Source of the DNA: the human T2T-CHM13v2.0 reference genome, Homo sapiens
DNA: 64,000 nucleotides
Strand: one strand, 5' to 3'
Assembly (NCBI RefSeq): GCF_009914755.1
Contig: NC_060937.1
Part shown: piece after piece, positions 43,500 to 56,179 of the stretch
Layout: the number at the start of each line of letters is the position of its first letter
Numbering within the stretch: the stretch's first letter is position 1
Notes under the pieces: model-generated
What the model saw: the letters and a program-made list of their open reading frames with translations, nothing else
Databases searched by the model: none
What the model was told of the DNA's origin: nothing
Made by a program: the position numbers and the translations under genes

Positions 43500-43720
43500 T
43501 GTCAGAAACCATTTAGGTGCTTCTGTGTATATCATTATGTATTACTGTTTTAATCCTCTTAAAAACTTTACAAGACAGAGACTTTTAACATTCCTAATTT
43601 ACAGATAAGAAAACTAAGGTTCAGAGAGGTAAAATAATTTGCCTAAGCTCATACCTCTAGTAAGTGGTGGTCTAGAGTTTAACACTAGGCAGTCTTAATC
43701 AAGATTTGCTTTTAAATCAC
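43500..43720 (-). mobile_element. MIR SINE
   Basis: tttacagataagaaaactaaggttcagagaggtaaaataatttgcctaag. Confidence 0.8.
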
Positions 43721-44329
43721 AGCACAGTTTTTTAAACCACAGTTTTTCATGGTGCTAAAACATAGCTATGCCCATATTTAAAAGATGCTGTTGAATGAGG
43801 CTAGCTAGGTACAAATGACCTACCGCAATACACTGAGCTCCCCAGGATTGAGAACGTCCAAGAAGATTCCAGTAGTCCTGTGGGGCAAAGTGTCCTTGAT
43901 CCTCGTCACTTTAAGTAACTGAGGTTAGCAACGTGGCCCAGTGGGTGATTCAGGGGCACAGGTTTGAAGGTGGTATAACCTTGAAATATATTTAGTTCAG
44001 CAATTTCTTTAGGAATGTTTAATTCCAAAACACTTTATGGTTTGAGACATTTCCAACCACTCTGGGAAGGAAGCTGGTAGGTCTGGGAATTGAGATTTCA
44101 TCCGATGCAACAAAGACAAGCTTACGGGCAAGATAGGCTTGGGAAGCAATTTATCCTTTCTACTTAAGCTTGTAGCCTGAAATCTTGCAATTTTCTGAAG
44201 TTTTGAGATGCGGTAAGGAGGGCTTTATAGGACTGTCTGTGTAGTGTTTTGAGGTCATAGTTAACGGAAGAAATGGAAATAATTCAGCAATGGACCTTTA
44301 TTATTCCTTTTATGTGTCCAGCATTTTAT

Positions 44330-44870
44330 TTCCCTGACTGTGCATAGCTGATTCCCCTGCCATGATGAGATTTTGTGAAGGAGAGCCAAATTCCTAGCCT
44401 AGAAGCAAAAATACCAGAAACACACTTTTCCAATCTCCTTTTCAGCCAGGAGTGTTGAACCCGGACTTCACTGTGCACAGAATCAGAGAACATGGAGGAT
44501 CTGAATTTCCTGGGCGGGAATAACAGCTGGGCACAGATTTTCCCCCAATGGCAGGAATAATTTCTCCTGGCTATTGAGTTATGTGCCCTGAAAGAACCAG
44601 GGGATATTTGGGATCGTGAAATTCAATTGTCAACCACCTCATGCTTCACTTTAAACAGAGCCTGCACTGCAGATGTGGTCTAGCTTGAAACTTCTCCCAA
44701 CTTTCGAATTTGTCTTCTGCTCATCCTACTGCCTGCATCACTCTTTTAGGTGTCCTGTTTTGGTTCGTGACTGTAATCCTTTTTCTGAAACCCTTGTTAT
44801 TAGCCCCTATTTTGTAGCTGCCCCTCAAGTTCCCTTCTTTTGGTTTTTGTTTTCATTTATGAGTCCAGTA
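44330..44870 (+). mobile_element. Ancient ERVL LTR remnant (LTR33-like)
   Basis: agaagcaaaaataccagaaacacacttttccaatctccttttcagccagg resembles recalled LTR33 motif. Confidence 0.35.
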
Positions 44871-44945
44871 AACTTATGTTACAGGAATTTTTTGGCCAAT
44901 AACTTGTCTTAGAATTCTTTTCGATATTTATTTCAGACTTGATCT

Positions 44946-45002
44946 CATCTCTTATGTTCCAAGCCCATCTCTTATGTTCCTTACCCATTTATGTTCCAAG
45001 CC
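44946..45002. repeat. About 20-bp tandem repeat x3
   Basis: catctcttatgttccaagcc / catctcttatgttccttacc / catttatgttccaagcc. Confidence 0.85.
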
Positions 45003-46139
45003 TGAATCTTCCAAGCATGGGTCTTGCTGTGGGAATAGGTGAGACCCACTATATGTCTATTCAGCAGGATACAGGTTGATATGAAGGCAGTTCACTTAAA
45101 ATTAAGAGTATATGTTTAAGAACTAGAAAATCTTTGGCTTCTAGGCTCCTGTTTTTAGTGTTGGCATGGGCCAATAACCTACAAGGGGTTGGTTTCCTGA
45201 TCTTAAGAGGTATAGTGATAGCAATTGCCTCACTGTGTTGCCGTGAGAACTAATCAAGGTTGTGCGTAGAAAATGGTCAGCTCAGTGCTAGGCACTCACG
45301 CTCTCCCTAACAATGTTGCTCTCATCGTTCAGATTTGTTAGGCAGTGGCAATGCTTTGGATTTGGGAGAGTTCTAGGTTATATTTCACCCTCTGTTTGCC
45401 AAGCAGAGATTAGCTTTTATGTGGACATGGACTTAATTCACTTAGTTTACTTTCTGGAACCTGGAAACACAGATTTTAGCTGGGTCTTGTTAGTCCCTCC
45501 TTTTCAGTGTCACACTCTATAAATAATAATTCTAACATGCACCTAAGATAATGCACTCGACACATAATTGATATACATAATGTTCCAAAGGGATATAAAT
45601 ACATGAAAGTAAAAATGGCAATAGTTTGTGTAAGCTGTTGCTTAAACCAAGAGGTGTCATTCCAATAGAGTAGGGTGTGGGATGCTGGAAATGGCTGTTC
45701 TCTGATGACATTCCTAGCTCTCTGGTTAAGAGTTCTATCATCACTGTGTCAAGGTAAAATCCTTTTACCACTCTGCTCATTTTGCTCTGATTCCTCCCTG
45801 TTCTCTTTGTTATATTCTTTTATGAATTACACCTTCTGCTAAGCTTTAGTACACAGAACTGGAGTTAGTTCTGTTTATTCGCAGTCCTGCCCTAACGTGG
45901 GCTGAAGATGTTTTAGAGAATGAAGCCTCCATGAGTTGCTCTAAGTGATGTGAAGTCTGCTGGAGAAAGATGTCTGTTCACTTCCTTTTGCATCCACCCT
46001 CTCCCTCTCCTGTAAAACACAAAGTGAGAGTCTAGGGAAAGTATGGAGTGCTGGAGGGAATGGCACACATTTAATGGGGTACCGTGGGCCAAGCCCTACA
46101 CTAGGCAATGTATTCCTATTATCTGATTTAAGCGTCACC

Positions 46140-46285
46140 ATAATCCAATGAAGAGAATATTAGCACTGTTTTACAGTTGAGAAAAATGAAGCTTGGAGAG
46201 GTTATGTAACTTGCTTAATGTAAACTAATCGTTAATAAATGAAGTACTAGGATTCAAACTCAAGTTGGTCTGACTCCAAATCAAG
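46140..46285 (-). mobile_element. MIR SINE
   Basis: ttttacagttgagaaaaatgaagcttggagaggttatgtaacttgc...ggattcaaactc. Confidence 0.75.
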
Positions 46286-47408
46286 AATAATTCCACTACC
46301 TTATCGTATCTCTTGCGTTTTTAATAGTCTCTATTTAATAGTCTCTATTAAGAGTTTGTAAGTCTCCACCCAACCCTACTTTCGCAGTAACACAAATGAA
46401 AAGCAATTGAAATATATTGGACTAAAAAGATTCCGGAATACACATTACTGTTACTTTCTGTGAGGGGTAGATGTTCAAGTCTAAGGTGGGGTGGTTGTGT
46501 TTGCTACATAAATCTGGAAGGTCTTTCACCCCTTTTCCAAGGTTGTAGAGTATGGTTTTCCATTGCAGTGGGGACGTGATGAGATTAAACTATTATCAGG
46601 TGAAACCACATGCAGTTCCAATTTCCAAATATTTCTGCTTTCAAATGACTTCTCTGGAGGGAAAGGGGCTATAAATCCCCTAAACAAATAATAATAAATG
46701 TTCTGGTTGGTGTCTGTATCACAGAAATATTACTTTGGCATGCTGGCACTTAGCAAATGAGAAATGTCAAAACAAATAAACTGCTTAATCCATATTGGAT
46801 CATGACAAATTGATTTGGAAATCCTGTTTTCTCCTATCAGGGGCTGCTCCTGCAATGGATTGTTTCACATTTTTTATACCGGCTTGAGGCCTTTGACTCA
46901 TGTTATTGAGAATGGAAAGGCAATTTAGCAGTTCTGTAAGGTGTATGACAAAATGCTTTAAAAAAAGTTTTTATCATCCTTTTCCTGAATTGATATTTTA
47001 TGTCACCTTTGTAGAGTCATGATTACATCAACTTTTTATGCTCAGAAAAATGCTCAATTTAAGTATCTAACTATTTCCATCACCTTCTATTTTTTATTAT
47101 TTCATTCTGAGTATCTATAAAAAATAGCTGCTATAAAATTATGCAGAATCATAATGACTTTGGTAGCTATCGTCAATCAATTGCTGCTGAAGAGATTCTT
47201 GACAAATTATTATATTTAAGAGAAACGTGTAGAAAGCTGATTGCTGCCCTATCAAATTAAGACTTGTTAATTTTATGGCCATAATTGTAGTTATTTTCTT
47301 ACATTATTTTTAATAATTTATTTCTTATAAACTTAATAGATAACACATAAAACATAATGCTTTTGTGCCGTTAACTCTTTGCCTAAAACTTCCAACACTC
47401 TCAAGTAG

Positions 47409-48082
47409 TGTGATGATTGACTTTGATTGTCAACTTGATTGGATTAAGGGATACCCAGATAGCTGGTAAAATATTAATTGTTAATATATATATTAATTAT
47501 TCTCGGTGCTATAGTAAGCACTAAGCCTGTCCCTCTTCTGCTGAAAGAGAAACCCCAGGTGGTTTGTCAATTGGTTAGAATAATTGGGTTGCTCCAAATG
47601 TGTCTGTGAAGGTGTTTCTGGAGGGTACTGGCATTTGAGTTGGTGAGTGAGTGAGAAGCCCGGCCCTCAGTGTGGGCAGGCACCATCCAATTGAAATATA
47701 TTGGACTAAAAGGCTAGAGTCCCGATGGCACAAAAGGGTGGGAGAAGGGTGAATTCTTTCTCTCACTTCAAGAGACGGGAAACCCTTCTTCTCCTGTCCT
47801 TCAATGTAGGAACCCCAGGCTCTCTGCCTTCAGACTTCGGGATCTGCATCAGTGGCCCCCTGGGCTCTTGGACTGAGAGTTACGCCATATGCTTCCTTGG
47901 TTCTGAGGCCCTCAGACTTGCAGTGAGCCACACCATTTTCCCTGGTTCTCCAGCTTGCAGATGGTGTATCGGGGGACTTAGTCTCCATAATCTAGTGAGC
48001 CAATTTTCCTAATAAAGATCTTCTTATATCTCTCTCTATATATGCTATTAATAACGTCTCTGAGGAGAACTCTGACAAAAGA
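47409..48082 (+). mobile_element. MLT2B3-like ERVL solo LTR inserted in a MIR
   Basis: tgtcaacttgattggattaagggatacccagatagctggtaaa; TSD agtag/ggtag; MIR continues at 48083-48218. Confidence 0.85.
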
Positions 48083-48721
48083 GGTAGATACTATTACTCT
48101 GCACATATTAGAGAGGAGGGAAGTGAGGTGCAGGTTCAATAACTTGCTGAAGGTCAGTCATAGATGCTAAGTGACAGCACCTGGGCATGAACTTTGCAGC
48201 CTGGTGAGAGTCCATGCTGTATTTCCTTAATAAATGAGTGAAGAAAACATCATGTTCTTTCTTCTCAGTGCAAATAAATTTTAGAAAATTGTAGTCATTT
48301 TTACTTTACTTGCCACTTTAAAATACGCTCACTGCATTACAATACCTGGAATGCATATTTCTGAGGCATATATTGTTATTTCTCAGCAGTATTTTCACTT
48401 CAAGGGCCCACATGGGGAGTGGCTACATCAAAATCACATGACTCCTAGTAGGTGGTGGCAATCAGGAGGACTGAAAATTAAGACTAAGGAGTTCAGTTCC
48501 AAATTCATTCCTCCTTCTCATTCCCAGATAATCAGTTGTGAAATACCAGCAATAACTTATTACACTTTAACTTCATTTCAGCTCAACTTAGTCTGCTGAG
48601 TTTCTAAAGATGGCAGCAATCCTGGGTGGGTACCTATAGCGAATCACTCACACCAACACCATTTGAGAAGACAGGACCAGCGCGGGCAGTGTGAAGGCTA
48701 GTAAGAACAGTAGTCTGTGCC

Positions 48722-49075
48722 GGAGATTGTAAACTGGTGACTTCGGGCCAAGCATGGTGACTTCAGGCATATAGCTGTGTTTAGTTAAGCCAGCTGAGTG
48801 TTTCACTTTTTAAAAATTAGCTGCCAATGTTTAAAAATTCACACACATTCAGATTTCCTTCTTCTTAGGAAACATCAGATGATCTGGCAATCTTGGGTTC
48901 TCACTGCTAATGCCAACAATGGATTGGACCTGAAGGCAGCTGCCCTGTTGAGATGTGTCATTCATTCTTCAAGTCTGACTAGCCCTGACCACGCACCATT
49001 TTCTTGCAGCTCCCTGAATTGGCTTATTTTGTGTATTAACGGAACAACGATTAGCAGTCAAGTTTGTGATTCCTG
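48722..49075 (+). mobile_element. MER102-like hAT-Charlie element
   Basis: aaaattagctgccaatgtttaaaaatt...cagatgatctggcaa...agtttgtgattcctg. Confidence 0.6.
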
Positions 49076-49179
49076 CCTATGCAAAATTTTCTGTTCTTTA
49101 ATCTTGTGAAAAAGAAATCTCTGTCACATGATTAATCAATTCCAGTGTTGCATGATTAGATTTCAGACTGAAAGCTGTG

Positions 49180-49320
49180 TAAGAAAGGGAAAAGAACTTG
49201 GACTTTGGAGTCAGGAAACTCTAGGTTCAAATTTAGACCCTGTAAATTATTCACGTATAACCACTGAAAAGTTTCTTTCTCTCTTTGACCATTGTTTTCT
49301 TCCTGTGTAAAGTATAAAAA
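49180..49320 (+). mobile_element. MIR fragment
   Basis: ggactttggagtcagga...ggttcaaat. Confidence 0.6.
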
Positions 49321-49471
49321 AAGACCATGTGGCAGAGAACTATGAGTACATATCTGGCATCCAACAGATGCCAGGTTTCTTCAACCTTTGCTATGACAAG
49401 TGTCACTAAAGAATCTGGAAAAAGACTTTGACTTTATTCTCAACAATTTCGGTCTGATAAGGGGGACAGAC

Positions 49472-49700
49472 TAGTGTCCCATTATCTACGATGTTAACTT
49501 TGATCACCTGCTTATTGTGGATTTTTGCCAGGTTTCGCCACTGTAAAGTTACTATTTCCCTTTTTGTGATTAGTAAATAATTTGTTGGGAGCTATTTAGA
49601 GACATTGCAAATACCTTATTCTTCTTCAACCTTTACCCAATAGTTTAAAGATTCATAAATGGTTTTTGCCTGAATAAATTATTATGATAGTGGCCAAAAA
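49472..49700 (-). mobile_element. L1MC-type 3' UTR fragment
   Basis: gatgttaactttgatcacctg...gccaggtttcgccactgtaaagttactatt. Confidence 0.65.
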
Positions 49701-50104
49701 ATACCTGACCCTGGTTTTGGAAGTCAGGGAGCATAATCAGTATTTTCCAAGAAAGAGCCTGGGAAGGCCTCCCCCCGCCACCCCCACCCCCCGGACTGCA
49801 GGACATCATTGTTGGTATCCCTGCAATGAAAGAAATCCATTCTGCTATTCATCTTACTTTAATGCCTTGGGACTGAGTCAGGGAAGGTGTCTTGTCCTCT
49901 ACGTATGATGGGGTAGACAGGAAGACATGGGGTCTTTCATTTCTGTGGTTGGACATGGTGAACTGACTTTCGTGGAGAATACACATAGTCAGAAACTGCA
50001 AAAATGCAAGATGCATGTTGCACTGGCATACCTGCGTTACTCCTTTAGAAACAATGAGTGCCCCATTCATCTCTGATCACAACCATTCATCTCTGATCAG
50101 AACT

Positions 50105-50606
50105 TCCATCCATCACCCTCCCTCTCCCTCACATTGCCTTGGCCAAACTGGCCTCCTCACTGTTTCTCAAACAGGTTGTGCACATTTCTGCCTCAGGGCC
50201 TTTGCACTGGCTGTTTTAGCTGATGGGAATCCTTTTCTCTACATATCCACATGGCTCTTCCCTTACTTCCTTACAATCTTTCCTCATTTGAGAAAGGCCT
50301 ACTTTGACTACTCATTTAAAATTGCAGCACTCTCTCTCTAGGATTCCTTTTATCCTGAATAATTTTTTTTTCGGCTGCTCTATAGATAGAGCTGGGCTAT
50401 CCCATAGGCAGAGCAGCCTGGTTTTCTTCTATCATTGTAGCAAGCTATGTAAGTTACTTTCTATATTGTCTTGATTATTCCTAATCAGTCCCCACTAGAA
50501 TGTTAGTTTCACAAAGGCTAAATTTTTGTTGTTGTTCAGTTTTGTCTAAGAGCTGGAACAGTGTTTTGTTGGGTAAATATTGTTGGATGAATGAATGAAT
50601 GAATGG
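50105..50606 (+). mobile_element. L2a 3' end
   Basis: ctgcctcagggcctttgcactggctgtt...ccactagaatgt...aaatattgttggatgaatgaatgaatgaatg. Confidence 0.85.
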
Positions 50607-50680
50607 TAGTTTCTGCTTAAAGTTCAATGATGGGGCAGACTTCCAGTTGGTTAGGAAATAGAAGAAGAAAAATTAAATGA

Positions 50681-51072
<392 letters not shown>

Positions 51073-52967
51073 TGCACCTGCCTCATTTTTATCTGCACGG
51101 CAGTTCTCTCTGCTTTCCTGATGGGTGGGTGGAAGGTGCCCTGCCACTCTAACCCAACAGGTCCTGCACTCAGAGTGCTTAGAACTGCGACCTTTATCTC
51201 TCATTATACCACATGCCATAGATCCTGGCATCCAAAGGGAGTGTAGATTTCTCTGTTTTGCTTTCAAATCCCAAACCCCTGGCAGAGACTCCTTGCTTCT
51301 GCTTGAGTCAGCTGCCACATCCTATGCTCACCTAACTGCGAGGGAAAAGGAGATCTCAGGGCTGCCTGAGGCTACCCTGTGGTCGCATGCTTGTGACTAG
51401 TGACCTTGCAAAGGGAAGGAGAACCTGCCTTCTCCTCGGGAGCCCTTGACTTCAAACAGTTGGGTGCATGTTGCTTCTGTTCCCTTTATCACCCTGGCAT
51501 TTTGTTCTAATTTGTCCCTTTCTCCTTTCACTCTTTTTCTGATCCCCACTCACACTGGTCTTTGTTCTTGAGGTTAAAAGAAGCTCAGGCCAGCTTGATG
51601 CTTCTCAATGGACTCCCAGGCACCAGGAACACGATTGAAGGCGCTGGCCAGGCTCTGTCTCTCAGTCTCTCTGATGTGATGTGGGGCTCCTCAGATGGTG
51701 TGGCTGATGGAGGCCCCAGCTTCCCCCTTGGTGGTCACTGGTCAGTTTTCACTCTGTCTCTTATGCAGTGTATTAACCCCAGGGGGCATTGCTCTCTGCA
51801 GCAGACAGTGGAAACAGCCTGTTGGGAACGAGGCTGCCCATCCAGCTCCTTCGATCTTCTGATAAAAGCAGACTGGGGCGCAGTCAGCAGCAGTCGGATT
51901 CCTTTAAAGACCTGCCTGCCTTGCCAAGAGAAGGGTTGTTTGTTCAGGTTTGCACTTGGCTGGCATAAAAGGCATTGCAGGGACTGGAGTAATGGTATTC
52001 TCTTGGGTCTTGTCCAGAGTAACTTTAGAAAATAATTGATGAGCACTTGTTATTTTCCCCAGCTTAACATTCAACTTGTGGGTGATCCCCATTGTTAGAC
52101 TTCACCTAAACCTGGCTTTGTGCCACTTTTTTTCTTAGACTTGGAAACTCAAAAGATTACATAAATTTGTTGGTTGTAAGTATTGGATGTCTTCCCATGG
52201 AGACTGGACCAGAGACAGCAATATAGTTCCAGGTAAATTTATGAGTTTTTATTCAGGTTGGACGTTTTGGCCTCATATGAGGACATTTTAGGGCATTTTG
52301 CTGCATTCCTAGAAAACACCTTCAAATGTTGAGCTGCCAGTGTGCTGTGGGGCAATTCTATATGGGGGTGCAAGGAACACTTCTGATGAACTGAGAAGGA
52401 AAAAATGGCTTCCTGACACTCTTGCTGGGCCACACAGGTCACCTACCAAGCCGATTCAATGGCTGAACTTTTGTATAAAAAAGCTAGATAAAGCAATCCC
52501 CTCTGGCAGAATGAAAGTTTCCATTAAATGTGAGCCAAGGGCCATCAGCTAAATTGAAAGATAAAGACATGCAAAGGATATCTAGTGCCCTGGTGCATGT
52601 GGAACTGAACCGTTTTATCTAGAGGTCGAGGGAGTCATAGTGGACAAGGTCCCTTGAGGGGAAGTGGTGAAGCCAAGGGGCTGGAGGAGATGCTCAGGCT
52701 GAGAGTGACAAGCAGAAGCCAGGAAGCTTAGCCAGAGACATGAGCCTCAGGCAGAGCTGAGTGGTCTCTGCCTGGGGAGGAGAGAAGCAAAGACATGCCA
52801 ATCAGAGAACAGAGTTCAGCTGCCAAAAAGTGCAATGAACCAGTTTTCTCTCCCCATCTCCTTACAATGGAAGGAAAATTAAAAACAAACAAACAATAGA
52901 CTCTCACCCATACCTTTTATAGTGCATTTGTAGCTGTTATAATATTTTTATATAGATAATATTTTTT

Positions 52968-53228
52968 TGAATGAGTTCTGGAGATCTAATGTACAGCATG
53001 GTGACTATTGTTAACAATACTATATTGAATACTTGAAATTTGCTAAGATATTGATCTTAGGTATTGTCATAATATACAACAAATATTAACTCTGTGAGGT
53101 GATGAATATGTTAATTAGTTTGAAGCTGGTAATCCTTTCACAATGTGTATCAAAACATGTTGTACATCTTAAATATATACAACTTTTATTTGTAAATTAT
53201 ACCTCAAAAAAGCTGGAAAAGATAATGA
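52968..53228 (+). mobile_element. L1MA8/9-like 3' end
   Basis: gttctggagatctaatgtacagcatggtgacta...aattatacctcaa; possible TSD ataatatttt. Confidence 0.85.
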
Positions 53229-54179
53229 AATAATATTTTGTGCTGGATGCTTTTTTGTTGGGAAATGGCCCTGCATCAATCACATGCTCTTGATGTCAAG
53301 TAAAAATTCTTCCTTTATCCCTAGATGGGACTCATTTTTACCTTTATAATTCTGGTTACAACAATATGAAACGGTACTGTGCAAGAGTTATTTTCTTTCA
53401 TGCCTGCTGTTCGTGTTTAATGACTTGGATCTCTGTTTTAACACAATATCCACAACTTAAAACTCAGAGAACTGCCAACACAGATGCTAGTTTACTTTGT
53501 ATAGCTCTAAGATGAGAACTTCAATTTCATATTGGGGGAAAGTCACCTACCACTCCCCTCCCTGCCCTTAGAGCTAGAACTTGTTTATGAAGCAACCTCA
53601 GCTAAATGCAAAGAAGATAAGCCAGAAGAGAGAGAGTACATGTCTATTCCAAGTCTGTTATGTTCCCTGTTCAGCGCGTGACAGCCTGAGCCTCAGTGGT
53701 TTTGACACTATGGTCCCATGAGCTCTAACTTCTGATGAGGTTTCCTGGGGATGTGCTAAGAGCCAAGCAGAGAGTCTGTCCTCCTGAAGTTCCACTTGGT
53801 CCGTTTTATATTTTGGGATTACCTGTCACATTTGTTTTAAAGATGGTTACTCTTGCTTAAAAATAAATTTAAAAATGGTTTCTGTATAACGCTTAGTCTT
53901 CACAACATTCCTGTGGGTTTGCTACCCTGATTTCCATTTAATAGATGAAAGAATTGGGGTCCTGGGTAGTCATCTGGTGCAGGATAACAGGTGGGTAAGT
54001 GGCCTCCCGCTCAGCATTTCTCCACAGTCTCACTTAGAAGCAAGGAAAGATGCCTCTGAGAGAAGGGACTTAAATATTCATACACTAATGCTTATGCATG
54101 TTCCTCACCAAGGAGTCCCTGACTGTCACTCTATATTCTTTTGTCACTATGACGATGGACATGACAGGCAGATTTCAGA

Positions 54180-54330
54180 ACAACATTCAACAAATATTGA
54201 TTGAGTTAAGAGTCAAATAGAAATATGCTCAAACCCGAAACGAGGCTGTGAGGATATAGGGCGGTGAATGGGACACCTGCCTTCATGGAGGTTACAGCAC
54301 AATGGATAGACCGATATAAATAATAAACTA
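54180..54330 (-). mobile_element. L2 3' end fragment
   Basis: cattcaacaaatattgattgag...cctgccttcatggag. Confidence 0.6.
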
Positions 54331-55575
54331 CAGTCTTGTTTCCAATTTTGAGAAGTACCATGTCTCATCACGATAAACAGTGTTGAGTTTGATGGGAAGA
54401 AAAGAGGTGCTCAAAGCAAACTGGCTGAGAGATGATGGCTGAACAGCAACGATGGGGGTAGAAGAACTCTAGAAAGCAGACACACAAGCTACAATTTAAT
54501 CTCTTTTGTTAATAACAGCTGTCTTCTATTACTTTTTTACAATGGGATTATTAATATTAATTTTTCCAGCAACCCTAAGAGAAAATAGTGACCACAGGTG
54601 TGCACGTGTATTTACAGAGGAGAAAGCTGAGCGGTGAAAGGTCACACAACTCCCTGAAATCTGCAGCCATGAGGGAGGGGCAGCAGCGTGGAGCCCTAAA
54701 GCCATCTGTCCAGGCACTGAGCGCTTAGCCGCCCACACTCCTAACTGTGCTTCTGTGCTCCTGCTCAACACAGCCTTGACCCTGGTGCAGCAGCGTGGAC
54801 AAACCACACACTCCTTTTTACGGCAAATGGAGTTTATACTGCTTGTTAGCCCCAGATTGGCTCCCCACGCTCCCCTTTCTTTCTTGCTGGAGGCCTGAGT
54901 GATGGCCGCCAGTCTCTTTCCTCTGTAAAGCTCATAGCATCCCCGCAAGCCTTGTCACCACCCCACCTGGTATCTGCAACTTGTTCCCCTGGGGCAAGTG
55001 CTCAGTCCCTCTTATTCTAACCTAAGAGCCCTAATCTCCATGGAAACATAGGCAGGGAGGGTCTTGCAAACCAACCCGGGGATCTCCGGAATTTAGGAAG
55101 CCTTGGTGTGGTCAGGATACTGGTCTAATGACCATGACCACCTTGCTAAGACTAAGAACTGTTCTCACCTCTTCTGATCGAGGCCACATCTCCGGAATGC
55201 CTTTTGTTTCTCAGTGTGTGGGCCTGGAAACTTACTGAGGTTGTGATACCAGGTGGCAGCTAATAGCCTCTTAGGTGCTTACTTGTGGGCAATTGCAAGT
55301 TTTAAAACTTTCCTGTGTTCTTGTCTCCCGCTGAAGTATTATATTTGGGTGATTTCCACAAATTTGTTTTTTCTAGTTTAAAAGAGAAATTAGACTCTAT
55401 TTTTAATGTTCTTTATGAACCCCCTCCATGACAAAACAATAGCCAATAGTGCTTAAAATTTGTAAGAATGATTTAACGTCACTGGGAGAGATCATATGTA
55501 AATGTGTTTACACACCCTTGTATAGATTTCATGTCAAACCAAATTCTTCAGCCTGCAAGTTCAACTACAATTTTA

Positions 55576-56026
55576 TTTATTTTTTTTTATTGGGATATTT
55601 TTCTTTTTTTTTCTTTTATTATTATTATACTTTAAGTTTTAGGGTACATGTGCACAATGTGCAGGTTAGTTACATGTGTATACATGTGCCATGCTGGTGT
55701 GCTGCACCCATTAACTCGTCATTTAGCATTAGGTATATCTCCTGAAGCTATCCCTCCCCCGTCCCCCCACCCCACAACAGTCCCCAGAGTGTGATGTTCC
55801 CCTTCCTGTGTCCATGTGTTCTCATTGTTCAATACCCACCTGTGAGTGAGAATATGCGGTGTTTGGTTTTTTGTTCTTGCGATAGTTTACTGAGAATGAT
55901 GATTTCCAATTTCATCCATGTCCCTACAAAGGACATGAACTCATCATTTTTTATGGCTGCATAGTATTCCATGGTGTATATGTGCCACATTTGCTTAATC
56001 CAAATGTCCAACAATGATAGACTGGA
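55576..56026 (-). mobile_element. L1PA2/3-type 3' end with 5' inversion
   Basis: gttagttac, gaatatgcgg and gatgatttccaatttc variants; TSD tcaacta(c/a)aatttta at 55561-55575 and 56027-56041. Confidence 0.95.
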
Positions 56027-56179
56027 TCAACTAAAATTTTAAATCAGAGGTCTTTATATGCCTTAGCCAGGTTACGAGGGTTTCAGAATTTAAGGGCAAA
56101 ATCTCTTACCTCTATAAATGTTGTTTCAATGTATCAAGAATCCCCAAATCATAGTCAGACAGCATTTATCCCTGGTTTA

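Noticed and set aside
49354-49374. 8-bp hairpin ctggcatc/gatgccag
   Set aside because: Expected by chance in 64 kb
51722-51737. Minus-strand CTCF-like ccaccaagggggaa
   Set aside because: Mismatches at key core positions
51562-52035. 157-aa ORF in unique sequence
   Set aside because: Non-ATG start, no recognisable domain or exon structure
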